This document shows, piece by piece, positions 37,101-52,100 of a stretch of 64,000 bases of DNA. Position numbers and translations under genes: made by a program. The notes below the pieces were generated by a model, which was not told where the DNA came from, ran no database searches, and worked only from the letters and a program-made list of their open reading frames with translations. Origin of the DNA: Ascidiella aspersa (Eukaryota); contig OZ004607.1 of the NCBI GenBank assembly GCA_963924565.1, forward strand, positions 7,068,001 through 7,132,000. Reading direction: 5' to 3'. The stretch's first letter is position 1; every line of letters starts with the position of its first letter.

Positions 37101-40100
37101 CTTATAATATAGCAAATAGGCTTGAGAAATACTTTGAACTTGAAGATTTAGTGTTTTCCATACGAATTTTTCAATGGTTTTGATTACGTTGGGTGTAATA
37201 TAGAAAGCATTACGCTTACAGTTTTGTGGTAACATTGCCTTACACTTTGGTGCAATTGACGCTAACCTTATACCTTGTGAGTTCAATTCAGGTCGGATGT
37301 TTGCATTGCGAGGTCAAACTGCGTATCGCTATTGAAAAACACTTTCATCATATTTGACACCGAGACGCGAAGCCGCCAACATACAGGCGTAAATACCGCC
37401 TTAGCACTGAAAATCCTATTTTTTAATACCAAGCCTTAGCACAGACAACTAAATCGATACAGACACAAATAAGTCACACCTTGCACAACCGATTGATCCA
37501 GGTTGTCTTGCCAGAACGCAAAGTCCCGACGTGCTATTACTAATATTTATCCCTAAATTATCAACTTACCGAAAGCGAAGCTTGGGTAGCTTCAGCAGCA
37601 TCATGTATATATCCAATCACCGCAGTCAATAATCCACGACAAAAACAGAAAGCTTAGATCCACGACAACTACGGTAAAACTCAGTAGATTTCAGAGCTCT
37701 GTTTGCGATGCAAAGACCAAGACAACTGTGTAGCAGTTATCCATTAAGCGTACGGTGAACGAACCTAATTAAACCTTTATAGCCACGTACTGCGGGCAAA
37801 ACAAGTAAGAGGTTATTTATTGGCCATTTGCATTTGGCCTTGAGCTAATGTCTGCTTCGTTCGTAACTGCCGCCGATAAACGCGTCACTGACGGGTAAAC
37901 CGGCCAGGTTTGGGATTTAGCAAGGATTAAAACGCATTTCTCCAGTTTAGATTTAAATAAACTTACCTCTAAATGAAAATAAGTATCTACACTCACTACA
38001 AGTTTACACCAATCCCTTTCCCTAGCTTTAAACATACAAAATGCATCTAACGAGAAATCGTACCATATTAGTGGCTAATTTTATACATTAACGATATAAA
38101 TGACAACTTACAAAAAACTGCGAAAACTGAACCGCCAAATCCAAAAAGCACCATGTAGCGCCGTAAACAAAAATTTAACACGTCGGATCTAAAACAGCCA
38201 CTTAAGCTTGTATCTCTCGAAATATGTGACACTGTTTGTCAACAAGAGGGGTGGCTTCGTGCCGACTTGGCTCGTAAATTGTTCAGTTAAAAGCTGCAAC
38301 AGTCTGCAAGGCAGGCGACGCTTTTATATGACTACAAGACGAACAGCAAGTTCGAAGTTTCTAGGCTTTTCAGCCGTGTACAACTTTTCTTTTAACTTTA
38401 ACGACCAGTTTAAAATTTACAAGGAAATTTTTTTAATAATAATTTGACGCGATTTTATCAGTTAAGGCTGCATGTCAAAACTCTGTTCAATAAACAACCC
38501 ATCTAAACTCACAAAACGCCGCAATAAATCACACTCTTTCTCACGACTTGCCCTCACTTGACGTAAACAGGCGGGCTGCGTTTCAGTAGAAGAAAGTAGC
38601 AGCAAACAAGTTCTCGCCAAGGGGTGTTATTACTCCACACAGTAATGACACACCGGGCAAAGTCAGGCACCTAAACCAATACGCGTTAGGCTTATAGACT
38701 GGTTGGGTTGGCACCTGTCTAGTAGAAGTTTTCCCATGTATTACAGGGTAGCGATATAGTGGGTGCTAGTTATGGTCTTATGCAAAGGCAATGTACATTT
38801 AAGGCGCCTGTCATTCTTGTAATCACACATACGCCGAAAATTAAACCGTTTGGTGAGTAAATCCACAAAGCCTTAAACTATAAATAATATGTATATAATA
38901 TATTATGTTATGTTTCGCTGGAATAATGTGTCCAATTCAGACAAAATGCTGTTGGATATCCAAGTGACTTTTCCATTCAATTTACTGAAATATCATAATC
39001 TGGTTAAAATTTAAAATGAAGACTAACAAAGAGCACTTGGGTCTTCACAAGGGGAGATTTTTAAATGATCAACCCGTTAAGTCTTAATCGATATAATTTC
39101 CTTTTTTGTGTTTCTTGGCATGTACAACAAAATCAAAGCTGGCACCATACAACTCTACTTTATAAACAACTTAAACTGTATAACGCTGGTCACCAAGTTT
39201 TACACGCTGGTCCAGTCCAGTCATATCAAAATGCAATGGAAAGTTATGCATCGATCAGCGCAATACGTTTTTACTAAGTTTTCATATTAAACAATCACAA
39301 AACACGTGCTAGGACAAAGTGATTTTGCACTGCTTGTGCTAGCCGCAAATCCTTATCCGGCTCTGTCCTTGGGTTTGCCTTCGACCACTTCAGATAAGCG
39401 GTCAGTAGCGTAATGATCGCTATTGTCTTCTGGCCTTCGGAAGGACTTGATAAGCGCGTCAACAAAAACGGAAGCACTCCGAAAACCTATAACCTTTGCA
39501 GCTGTATATATTATAAGGCGAGAATCGATTGCAAGGTTACCACTATTTAAGATACTGGCCGTGGTGAGTATTTTACTAATATTTTTAAACTGTAAAAGGG
39601 TATTTCAGACAGAAAAAGATCCTACTAACCCAGGGGTTCTTAAACTGGGGGTATTTGAACTAGTTTTAGGGGGTCCATGAAAGCCTAAATAATCAATTTT
39701 TTAGTAATAAAAAAAAAACAGTTTAACTAAAAATAAAACGTGTTTGCACTGAATGTATTTAGACTCCATTTCACTTTCACATTTAAGACCAATATCAGCA
39801 AATTTAAGAAGTCAATTTGTATTGTGACGTCAATTTATGACGTTGTTTTTGAAATGTCTTGCCTAACGTGGTGCACGCGAAGCGAAGCAAAATTTTAGGG
39901 GTCCGCGATATAAAATTTTAAGAACCCCTGTAGTTACCCGATGCAATCTAGTCATTTTCGGAATTCCAGCTTACATTTCAAGACAAAAATAAATTGACAA
40001 CAGTCCACAAGTAAAGAAATACAGGAGGGCCAAGTAATAGTCAAAGCTTACCCTCGGGTAAGGTTAAGTATCGCACCATTGCTCAGTATTCGGGATCACG

Positions 40101-43100
40101 TTACCCCAGCACGTCCCAAACCGGCGGAAACTTCATCCACATGCGTACGTAGCGAAAAACGCGAAAGAAACCAAAACGAAGTCTAGTAAATGTGTGCAGA
40201 GGCGCCCTATACTCCTTCCCTCAACAGCATAGGAACAACATAGGGCCTAGGTGAGTGAGCGAGTGTACTTTGCGGCTTAGAGCAAGGACCGAATGATTAT
40301 CGACAAGTCGGGTTGAGGTATCAGATTACTTAGACGCGATTCGGCCCCACGCATTTGCGCGAAGCTAAACGTGCAGGTCTCGGTGTGTATGGGGGGTGAC
40401 GTTGTTTTTGGGTGAAGCAGCCCCCTTGTTTTACCCACGTCACGCGACTTGCCACCGGGGTCGCTGCCGACGCTGATTAACCCTTTTAAACTGCAGGTGG
40501 GCTTTCACAGTGGTGGCCAATGTAGGCCCCTGATGCTTTGCCTATCATACGGTTCGTATAGATTTGGTAGGAAAGCCATCCACAGGTAAAGGGCAAATTA
40601 CGAAAAAAAATATTATAATAGCAAATGTTGAACAACTTTGAGCTCTAGTTGCGCTTTTTGAGTTGTCGTCAAGTTGGGCCCTTATACTTTGTGTATTATA
40701 CGGTTACTATAGGTTAGGTGGGAAAGCCATCCACAGGTAAACCGCAACTGACGAAAAACTTCATAAAACTGTAATTGGAAATGTTAAACAACCCCTGATA
40801 ATCCTAATCAACGACAACAATTTTTGAAGCATAATGGTTGGATGTTGTAGTAAGACGTAGTAATAATATCAAGACACATTTAAATGTAGGTAGCATTTTG
40901 AACGTTTTGAATAAATATTTATTAATTTTTAACATCTACACCAATTTATATGTCATTTTACCAGCGAGAAACCCTTGATTCAATTTGCGCAAAAGCTTTT
41001 AAGACGAAGTTAGGTCTGGTCTAGACTAAATGAAAAACAGATTTCTATACAATAGCAGCGAATAGCAAAGCTTTTAAACAAACAGCCATTAAACACCACA
41101 GTGTACACAGTAAACATTTTAGTTAATTAATTCTAAACTTATGTTTCAACTGTAATTTTCAAAAAATGTTCCCGGTGTCTCGTAGACACGTGGCTGACCT
41201 TGATTTACACTTTAACACGGGAAGTATTTCTAGCTTCAGGATGCCGGATACTGAACAACCGACTGATCTGTTAAGTTCAGTACTGATTTGTAACTTCTTA
41301 ATACACTGACACTTCATAATAACCTAAACTACTTTTAAACATATATTACACTGTTTTGCAATAATTTGCCTAAATATTGCTCAATTTTAGTTAGGACTCT
41401 AGGCAACTTTCCATTTGTGATTGAAACCATATATTAGGCGCTCAACCTGAACAAAAACCAAAGCTTCTTCTCAAAACGGTAAACTTTTAAAAATGGAAAA
41501 CAATGTTTCAGGTGTCCCTGCCTAAGTGCTATCTGCAGCGGCCAGGTTTGATTGGGGTCAATGCTTCACTTCTCTTTGCGCACCTGCAGAGAGACCACTA
41601 CCTCCGACGACGAAAAACACACAACTGGGGCGAGTCGCCGCCGCTGCCTCGCGCGCGCTCTGCCTTCCTTAATCCGAAACATAATCCCGGTTCGCTTACA
41701 AACGCTTCAGAGTACGACCGGGCGTGCTGCGCTTTCAGCAAAAAACTTTGAGCGAAAAACAGCGAGAAAAAATGACTTTAGGTGCGGTTTTCGTGCGCGG
41801 GCAGCCATGCGTGAAACGGTCACGCGTCAACGACCGTCGCCTCTCTCGTCAGCGTCTACGTTTTTTTTTGTAGGTAAAGTGCCTTCGATCCGAGAAACTT
41901 GGCGTTAGGCCTTACGCAAAGCCTAATGCATTTAAATGAGCGTGTGCACTGTGCATGTATTAGTGCTTATAAGCAAGTGCTTTTACTTACACCTCGACGC
42001 GCATGCAATAATATGTGGAATCAAAGTAATAATAACAAGTTTTAATAAATTTATCCTCGAAACATAAACAAACAGAACTACTGCGATAAGTTACACATTT
42101 TTTCTTCTAAATTGCCAGAACGCACTTTCTACGATGCAAAAGCTTCTACAAGAATACTCAGATATTGTATACTTGTTTTATTTCAAATTAGCTGACGTGC
42201 ACGGATCCATCTTTACATTATTTTTTAGCTTGACAAACTGTCAGTGGAAAACCTGGTTACGAAAAGGAAATCAGAACGGCGCAGTCGGAATTCCTTTCTT
42301 ACGGGAAAGCGAGGGTGCGAAGGAATGGCGGGTTGGAATGTTGTTTTGGTGTCAAGGCATGGAGGAAACGACGCAAATTCAAGTCTCACTATTTCTACAG
42401 GGCGAGTTCGAAACAGGAGGTTGCTATTACACAGCGAAAGGAATCTCTAGAAACCTAAGTCAAGTGTTTGGTGACACCGGGGCGAACACTTTAATCGAAA
42501 CCCAACTTTTTGGCGAATTTCTAGCAAAAATAAAACTGGGCAAACCCTTTTGGAACTGTTTACTTTAAAATAATTAAAGAAAGAAATTTGTTACACTAAC
42601 CACGCGCCTGATTAATCTAAATTAATTCAGTCGGGTATACCATTCTGAAGCTTTGCGAAATCAAAAGCAGACATAAAATTAAAAAGCGTCGTTGTATCCG
42701 GGCTAATGCAATCTAGAAAAAATGCCTTGCAAAACAGTCTGCTGTTAATTTAAACACGCGCCGTACGCTGTACACTAAAGGTATCGGCAATTTCGGCTGT
42801 AACTCCAGTTTAGTTTCGCCATCAAGAGTAAATTCACTTTTCTATCATTACTATTCTGTGATTTCTATAATTTCTATACAGTTTAATTACAGATGACGAG
42901 TAGGTGGTCCCTACCAGAAACATCCACAAACAAGTTTCAGTGAGCTTCAGCTTGGCGGCAACAGAATGTAACGAATGGCGGTGGAAGAGAGAACAAACGA
43001 GCTAAACAAATTCCGTCGCATCGGCCGAGTGTGAACAAATGCCGCTTGTCGCGTCCGAAGTGACGAAACAATCCAATTAGCCGCGACACACGACAAGCGG

Positions 43101-46100
43101 TATGCGACCGTGAAACTACGTTCTCAAGGTGTTTCGGACATAACGTGTAGTTACTAGTAGCGTTGTACTCATGTACAACACCCTCTTTGCCATAGGCTGT
43201 GTGCGGGTTAAAACAGCAAACTATTGTTTACACTTTGACAAACGCTGTAGGCTTTTAATTTTACAAGCCTTTTAACCATTTTTTAAGCACTTTTTCATTT
43301 ACGTTGCCATTGTAAATGAGACATTTAAAACAAAAATGTGTATTTCGAAGGCATCTAGATAATATAAGTCTTAAAATAAAGTCTTCGAACGGTAGTCCCG
43401 GTAAGTTTTACAATTTAATAAAAGAAGTAGTACGGAAAGGTGTAAATTCAAAGACAGATTTTCAGACGAAACACGATTCAAGCCACGCCTAAGGATTCGA
43501 TGCTTGGCAGTCCGTACAGAGGAAATTTCACCAAACGTCGTCGTAAATTCAAGTTTTCTCTCGTATTTCTGTCGCTATGGCGCCTCTTTCTATATTCTGC
43601 AAGAGGCTTGGCTAAACAGTTCTAGGTCTAGGGTTTACATTGGCAATACCTGACAGAGTTAGCCTGAATAGCAGCAAATTTGATACAAGCCAGAATATAC
43701 TTGAACTTCAAAAAACACAAAGTACCTTTGTGGCCAGTGTGACCAGCAAAACAGCGGCTCGGCTAAATTCGGTTATACTCTGCCAAAAGTATTAAATAAC
43801 TAATTAAGACACGAAATAGATATCCTTCATACACGCCCATGCAGTAAGCTACCACGGGGCCCAGCTTCTGTGTGTTACAAAAAACTGAATGTGGTAAAAG
43901 TTTAAATACCAGAAAACTTGCCGTTCCGGGGCAATTTTAGTCAATTATAAAATCCATTTCACCACACCAGCTGACAAGCACGAGCGATTAGGGATCAAAT
44001 GACGAAACTAAAGTTATTGCCTTAAGTTCATGAACTGTGCAATACGATCCGCAGGACAAGTGAGTATACCTCCTTTAAGCGAGTTTGCCTTTTATAGGCA
44101 TGCATAATACATCGCCACCTTATAAGCATCGCTGTTTTTATTACATCAGGCATGAAATATTAATTGGAATGCAATTTCAACGGCTGTAATTCTTGCCGTG
44201 CATCTAGCGATATAGGCAAAGCGCTTTCGATAAGATAACAGCAACGCAAAATACTGCTCCCTTAAGCGACATGTTGTGACACTGTAACGGAACTATCTGA
44301 TGTAAATACATAGTTGTTACGATTAAATACGACTCTCCTATTCGGTTGTGAAACGTAAATACTTTTGTAAGGGCATTGTTGAACCGTTTTCTAGCATGTC
44401 TAAAAAAGGTCAGAAAAATAAATAATCGCATAGCTGTTGTAAATACAGAGTTGATACGAAATGCGAACGAATAAGCATATTTAATAATTAAATAATCAAA
44501 CGTTTTTATATTTCTGACACCTTATAAAATACAGCTAGTTTTACAGTCATTACATTACCGTATAAACTTATTTTCAGCACTCGAGTCATACGGAGGTTAG
44601 ACGAGTTTTTTGTAACAAAGCTAAGCACTAATTAAATTACTACAGCTATGGTTTTCCTAGATACCTATAGATACATTTTTACCATTTTACATCTGAAAAG
44701 TATTTAAACATGGTTTCTTAAAACATATGTGCCCTGAACTACCTGAAGTGTAAGCCTTCAAAAAATCATATGACAGGGTTGTGCACCACTGCTTTATATA
44801 AATAAACGAGATTGCCGTATGTGCTTGATTAAACAAACCGTGCACTTCACACAACAACAATATTGACAGCAAATACACACTCTTGAAAAAGGCAAACCCT
44901 CTGAGTAAATAACAACACGAAGTCGACCAACGCAATATAACCGATAACATGTCATGTATAGAGGACAAGTTTATCTGCAGGGGTTGTCTAGTGTCGTGTA
45001 CGCAGCAAATTAGCTTCTCCGTGTAACGTTAATATGTTTTACACGCTTTTATGTACTAGCGATATATTGGTTTACATCAAAGTACGTCAAAGATAATTCC
45101 ATCTCTGGACTCCTAATCATTACGCAAAATAGAGCGGTGAACTGAGTTCCACCACTAACAGTTTTCTTCTTTTTTTTTCTCATACGCGACTTACAACATT
45201 CACAGATAACATCAGAATTTACATTACAAGCTTAACAAAAGTAAAATTCAAGATACCGGCTTTACATCACGATTGTCATAATCTCTAAAATTTGTTCTGC
45301 AAAGTTTACGATCATGAAAACAATCCTCAGTAGAAAGAGAGTGCTCAGTAGAAAGAGAGAGAGAGATTCATTCAGAATGAATCTTTTATCTATTATTTGG
45401 GCCACTTTCTTTCTACTGAAGATAATGAACAGATCCGTGTTTAGTGTTCGAAAACAATCCACAGAAAAAATGTTAGCTCTTTTCCAGGACAGTATTTTTA
45501 GGTAAAATATCGATATTCCATTTAAAAATACGTGTATATTGTATACCTTTAGAAAATTAACTTTTTTATTTCTCCCATATCGTAAATCTCCTACAACGCA
45601 ATCCGAGTACGCATGCTAACCACCATTATTCAGTACGACTTGACAGTCCTAAGCAATTTAGTTACGATTTTGCCTCGTAAATTAGATTTAAATCGCGTGA
45701 CAATAGAATCAGTAATACGATGACCGATCAGCCTTAAAGCGTCGTTTACAATGCCAGGACGAACGACCTCGATAACCCCGGGTCAACACTCAAGGTCAAC
45801 GACACATGAACCGGAGTAACCCGGGGCCGACGAAACGCGCGATTTTTTTGTCGAATGCGACCGTCTTTCCGCGTCTGGAGTTTTTCTTGGCATACGAAAC
45901 GGCCTGTCTAGGAATACGAAAACCGGCTATCTTGGTCTTCGAATTTCGCCTACCGACTGCCGGCTACAAATGGCTTCGCGACTTGACCTTTACAAGTGGA
46001 TAATTGACCCCGAATAAAAGCCTGAGCCACACGTTCCCAGGGCGATCGTGAAAAATTGAAAACGATTTTGATGTTCGGAAGGTTGCCGATAAGAACATCC

Positions 46101-49100
46101 TCCTGGTTTGTAGCTTCGGAAACCATTCGCTATTTTTAATTCTATCATTATTCTACTAAAAAGATATAGATAGCTCTCTAATGGGCGATGATTGGAATTA
46201 AACAAAGTGGATGCTTTTAACTTGTATAGCTCAACCACTAAAAAGGTTTACCTCAGCAAAATTAAAAACTCAGAAAGGTATTTTTAATGCTATTAATCAT
46301 TAAATGTAAAAACGACGATCTTCGATGGGCGATGGTTGAAATTAAACAAGGCGGACGTTTTTAAGTTGCTTAGCTCAACCACTAACTGAAAAGGTTTACT
46401 TCGGCAAAATAAAAAACTCAAAAATGCACACACAAAGATGTCATAAAAAAAATATATTGACAAGATTTTCGATGCTCAACAAAATACACTGGCTACTTAA
46501 GGAGTGTATAACACTAAATACTTTCATCACAACTGTACTGGAAATTTTTCTGTGCTACATCAAAGTAAATTTAGTTAAAATTCACTTGACAATAATTCTT
46601 TAACAGTGTAAGGCGCAAATACCATTTAGAATCCGCAGACTTGCACATAACCTAAATGAAAAACCTTTTGCCTTAAATGAGCCGCATACAACGGACAAAT
46701 ACAGCGGCCGGGACTTGCAAAGATCAAGTCTGCTGCGTCCGCTATTATCCGCACTGCGCGAGTAATCGGGCGCCTATCTCACAAGAACAAACAACGAGCG
46801 ACTTGCAAGAGAGCCAACCAACCAGGAACCGAAAGTTGGTGCGGCGAAACTTCAATGCTAGCTTCCCGACGAAACGAACTTTTTTCGCGAAAAACGAACG
46901 ACGACGAAACGCGAAGGGCGAAACAAAATGCTTGGCGGATATTGGAAACATACGCTATGTAACAGCCGTAACTGTTTGATCCCATTATTTTGAAAAAGTT
47001 GTAGGGGGGTGTAACCAGTTGCTCTTTTTGGTAAGTAATGACAACTGGCTAAGTCTAGCAAAAGACCAAACTTCTGTTGGAAAATAGAAGCTTGACCTTT
47101 AGGATTTGTCTTTGAAAATGCTGGATACTATTTTTCAGATTTTTATTAACAAATATGTAAGACTGGTTTAAAAAAAATGTTGACCATATGTCATACGAAA
47201 TCAAAACCTAATCAACAAAAAAAGATATCCGCACACTTTTTGAACATTGATATTTCCAAATATAACTAACACTACTAAGAAAATCCAGTTGTTAATGGAC
47301 AAAAAGCCCTCAAAACTTTAGGCAAAAATTAGGCAGGGAGTCTTGAACCAAGCGCAACCGTGCGTATCCGGCCAGGCAGGATTTAACGGGCGGCCTCGAA
47401 AGTTACTGTGAGTCGTTACGCATCGCTGCACAGCTAAGGGAAACCGTCTATCAAGCCACAACCCCAGGTGATGACATCGTGCGGATATAGGAAAAAGTTA
47501 AATAATCTATTGCTGCCAGGCATAATATATAACCGTAGAAACGTCGATGGATTATATAATACTGCTGGAAAAAACAACACTCGGTTATTTACAAAAAAGT
47601 ATTGCCACGGCAATAGCTTATATTTGTCACAGGATGCTTTGGGAAACTGAATGCTGCCAAATAGAATGAACGAAATGATCCCGAAAGGAGTTTCTGCAGA
47701 AAGAGTTTTAGGTTGGTCCTCTAATGCGCCTTAACAAAGGCGGATATAGAACAAAATTGCTACGGCAATACCTCGTATTTGTAACGGAATGTTTGGAACA
47801 CTGAATTCTGCCAAATAGGATGACAGGAAATATTCTAAAAAATATTCTGGTGTTTCTGTAAAAAAAGAGTTTTGAGTTGACTCTGCTGGAGCTTGCGAGT
47901 CTTAAGCGCCTTAACAATGTCGGTTGCATTGCAACAATACAGCGTTTTCCGCGATCAACTTGTAAAAAATTCGTATTATTAGGAAACAACGATAGGTAAA
48001 TTGCGTTTTATTTTTGACATCCAAAAAATCCACAGGATGGATAACTAATTTATATGGACAGAGTTGGTTTAAAAGCCTAACAACAATTGTTATTTTTTTG
48101 CACTTTTCTGCAAAAAAAGTCGATTCACATAATTATTCCGCACTAAGGACATTTCGCAGGGTTTTCTGGGCAAGCCGCCAGTTTTTCGACCTAGGTTTTA
48201 GGTCAGAATGTTCAGTCGTCTGGTTAAGTTTGACAGGAAAAGTTCGGTCATGTCTGGACCTTTATCGGCCCATGCATGTCGAACCAAAACACCGGACTCC
48301 GGTTTTTAATCTCGGCAATCAGCAGGGATCTCGGCCGCCGCTGTTTTGCCGATAACATCGACAGGTTAGGGTAAGCAGGAGCAGCAGACTTAACCCTTTA
48401 ACGGCCGAGAGCGCACTTCAGGCAAAAACAACCCGGGATTCAAGTAAAACTCTTTGGAGTTTGCAGTTAAGGCAACGGCGTACGTTTTAAGCTCGTGTCT
48501 TTATCTCAATATATTGTTTATTTAGCCACATTAATTAGCAACCGGTTTAACAGTGACACGAAAAAGACGCCTATGTCATGTTGCCAAAAAATTAGCCCAA
48601 AAGGTACAATTCTAAGGCACTATAATAGCTATAATGGGCCACTATAATCGCTAACAAAGGACACAAACCATCTTTTTTTTTAAATCAGGGTGATTTTTTA
48701 GGTGAAAATGCTATTTCGTGCACTACAAAAACTTTGAAGAAAACTTTGAATTAAAGAAAGTGCGTAGCCGTTATCTCTTAACAGCCATGGCATTGTCCCA
48801 CCTCGCCGCCATTACTCTCAAATGACTGACGTAATTCGACAACACGGAACCCCCCGGCAGAGAGGGGTGACGTCACGTGGCCGAGGGGACAATGGGCTCC
48901 CTTGTGTTCAAGGCGTGACGTAACAGGCAGCGGACGAAGAAGGTAAACAACAGGGAAACGCGATTAGTTTGTGAGAGCGGCGCATTTTGCTCGGCTTTTG
49001 TTGCAGTCGATCGAATCAGCGAAAGTTAATGAAGAGCTCGAACGATGCGCTTCGGGGGTTAGATTTCAAACGCCAAGGCGATCTTTGGGTTAGGGTGGGC

Positions 49101-52100
49101 GAAAAGGGGTGAGGGTCGCTCGAGCCAATGCAAGTTTTGCGTGGGGACAACGAAAGGCAGCATTGGGCTACGAACGTCGGTTTTCTTTGCAAACAGCTTC
49201 AAGTCTGTACACAAATACAGTTGATTTTTTAATAATGATATGGGTTGTTTGGGGGTATAGTACGACAGACTTACGTATAAAGGAAGGGTAGATCTCCCTA
49301 CAGGGCTTGGTTGGTTTTAATTTTCACACAAACTTTCAGTTGCTGCTAAAAAAATCCTGTCCAGGAACTCATTAACGACACCAAGGCTTACTCAAGTTGA
49401 TATACTTATCGATAATTAGTTTTTTTACTGAGATCGAAATGACAACATGAGCAACACTTACAGAATACCATGTAAAACAGATGCAGTAAGCCAATCCGTC
49501 TTGTCTGTACACTAATTCTTCCTGACAAAAAAAATCAAGTTCAAACGCTGCTTAGCCTCGCTGACAACACTTAACATTAACAAGCTATCGAGTCGACACC
49601 AATACCAAATTACGCCTATATTATTGGGCACCATGTTTCGTGCATTAACATTAGTAATCTCTAAGTTTAATAATCTCTCCAAATAACTTAATTTTGACAT
49701 GCATCTTAAGCCTGCAAACTACTTTTGCTATTTTGAGACAGAGATATAGCGTCTTAATGTCAAAATACCAAGTAAAAATGTCAAATTTCCTCTTTAGTAG
49801 CAATTACCCACAAATGAGGAGCCACTGCTTTAGCTGCGAAACGGTTCGGCTGTCGGTCTCACAGCTAAACTGTGCATCGCAGTTTTGAGTAATACAGTAA
49901 GTTGTCTGCATTCTCGTTCCGGCGGCGTTTTACGTTTGAAAAACTCGCAAATGCAGTTTGACTGATGGTAGGGGGCGACCCCTGTCCCGCTCGTAATCGG
50001 ATTAGTGTCGGCGAAAGTGGAAAGGCCCGAGTCGAAAACAAACATCCACTCGACCCTACGCCGTTTCAACAGTTGAAAGGACCAATACGTCGCTTCTCTA
50101 ACTTTATTGCGGCTACCTAGTATAAAATAACGGCAGAGCTTTTCCAGGCAAATATTTTTTGCTTGAATGTCATAACATAAAGACACACTTCCAAAGCATG
50201 GTAGAATGCTCGCGACTTGGCGTCTATGTCGGCCGAAGAATCAGCCATAAAACCGACAAAATTGGTTCCAAAAAACTCGTATTTAAAAATAATTTAATTT
50301 TTAATTTCTTTACCAGATCAAACGGCCAGCCCACTTTGAGTCGCCACTCACGGGTTAGGAAGCACAAGGCAAGAAACTGCATCGTTGCATACTAACTGCG
50401 CACGGTAAAGGTACTGGGAGGCAACGTAGCAAGGCAAAACCTTCTGGAAATATGAAGAAAAAAAGTATGGCCATTTTGAACTGTCCTCATCAAACAGAGA
50501 ACAGCCTTTCTTAAATCTAACATGGCTATTCATACGAAAATTGAGTCTATCAGCGTTTTCGAAGTTCTTACAGATATGTAGTCATGGAAGTATACGAGGT
50601 TGGCATTTTGATTTTGCAAGAATAATTGAATCACGGGGTTGTAAAATAATTTTATGAAAAACAAATCGTTCAAAGACTTTTCAGAGGTAATTTGTAGGTT
50701 TTTTAAGACCTGAATCGCTCGACGGTTTCTGAATATAATTGGAAAACGAAACAGTAGAAATGCCATGGCCATCAAAATCAAAAAAACGTTTTTTAAATGT
50801 TTTTTTAATGGCTTATTTAAAATACACAACTTTAAGCTGGACAAAAAATAAATTCGAATACTATTCAAAAAAATTCGAAAAAAGTCAAAACTTTGTGGCA
50901 AGCCTAAAACACCAATGACGTATAAATATCGCGAGTGGAACATCACCCGGACAGGTGAGACAGAGAGAGTCAAGGCACCGTGACCACAGTGCATCGTAAT
51001 TAGTTCATGACCAAAACGCCTGCCAGTCACGTCAATTTGACCCAAAGTAGCCCCGAGGCTCAGGTTTTGGGCCAGGGCTGCTATTGACTTCCGGCTAAAC
51101 ACAACCTGACACCCAACTGACCGTCGTCCCCTGTGAGCGAACAATAGCCTCTGTGATGTCACAGTGCACCTTGGACGAGTGCCAGCGCGTAAGCCAAGGT
51201 AATGCGAGGCGATTTTTGGAATTAATTGCGCGTCAAATCTCGCGTCTTGAAGTGCCCCCGTATAGAGTGATCGGCTAATCGCGGCGGTTTAAGGGATTTG
51301 GGATTAAAGCGTTAAGTCACGATTGGCGGGGATAAAATACCATGAAAATTAAGGTATCGCGTGTGAAGTTTTGGACGCTCGAATGCTGAGAAGTTTGGGC
51401 GTCCAACGTTTAAAAATTGAAAAGGTTGCGACAAAGGAAGATTTTTTATTTGGGTGTCCTTTATAAAATCTCGGTAAAGACCAATTCGGCAATTAGAATC
51501 CGATTTCAAGGTTTAACATTTTTGCAAAGTAATGTTACGTCCTTTCAGGAATCCAAAAAGTAAAAATTGTTACGCTTTGTGTACATTTAATTCTTGCACA
51601 GTGGAAAATTAGCGCAACTCACTTCACATTTAGACACGCCTGCATAGTTCATCTATACCAGTGATTGTCAACCGCGGCTCTCAACTGTACATTTTGCGGC
51701 TCTCACTAACGGAGTGAAAAATTAGTTAGCAGTAGCAGAATTGCAACAAAGGAAGTAAAATAAATTTAAAGTGAATGAATTTGGTCAGCAAGGATCCCAA
51801 GTACGAAGTGCTAATGTTCCCGGGCTACTTCTGTCCGGCTCTTTAAAATAATTTTGTGGTTTATGACGTCATAATATATTTAGTCTTGATCGACAAGCTA
51901 TGGCAATAAGAAATAACTGTTTCAACAGTGTTAATTAGTTAGCCTAGGCTAGCGTAATGTATTTTTGTTGTTTTCTTGTTTCTTTCTTAATGTTTTTCAA
52001 TTATATTCCTACTGTTGTTTTTTATGCAGCTCCTTGCAAACTTTAAAGGTTTGAAATGCTGCTCTGGCTCTAAAAAGGTTGAGAATAACTGATCTATACG

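Noticed and set aside
42134-42568. 144-aa + strand ORF
   Set aside because: It has no recognisable motif or splice context and is probably spurious.
50530-51162. 210-aa minus-strand ORF in the long intron
   Set aside because: It has a non-ATG start, low-complexity F/L/I/K composition from AT-rich DNA, and no domain or exon boundaries.
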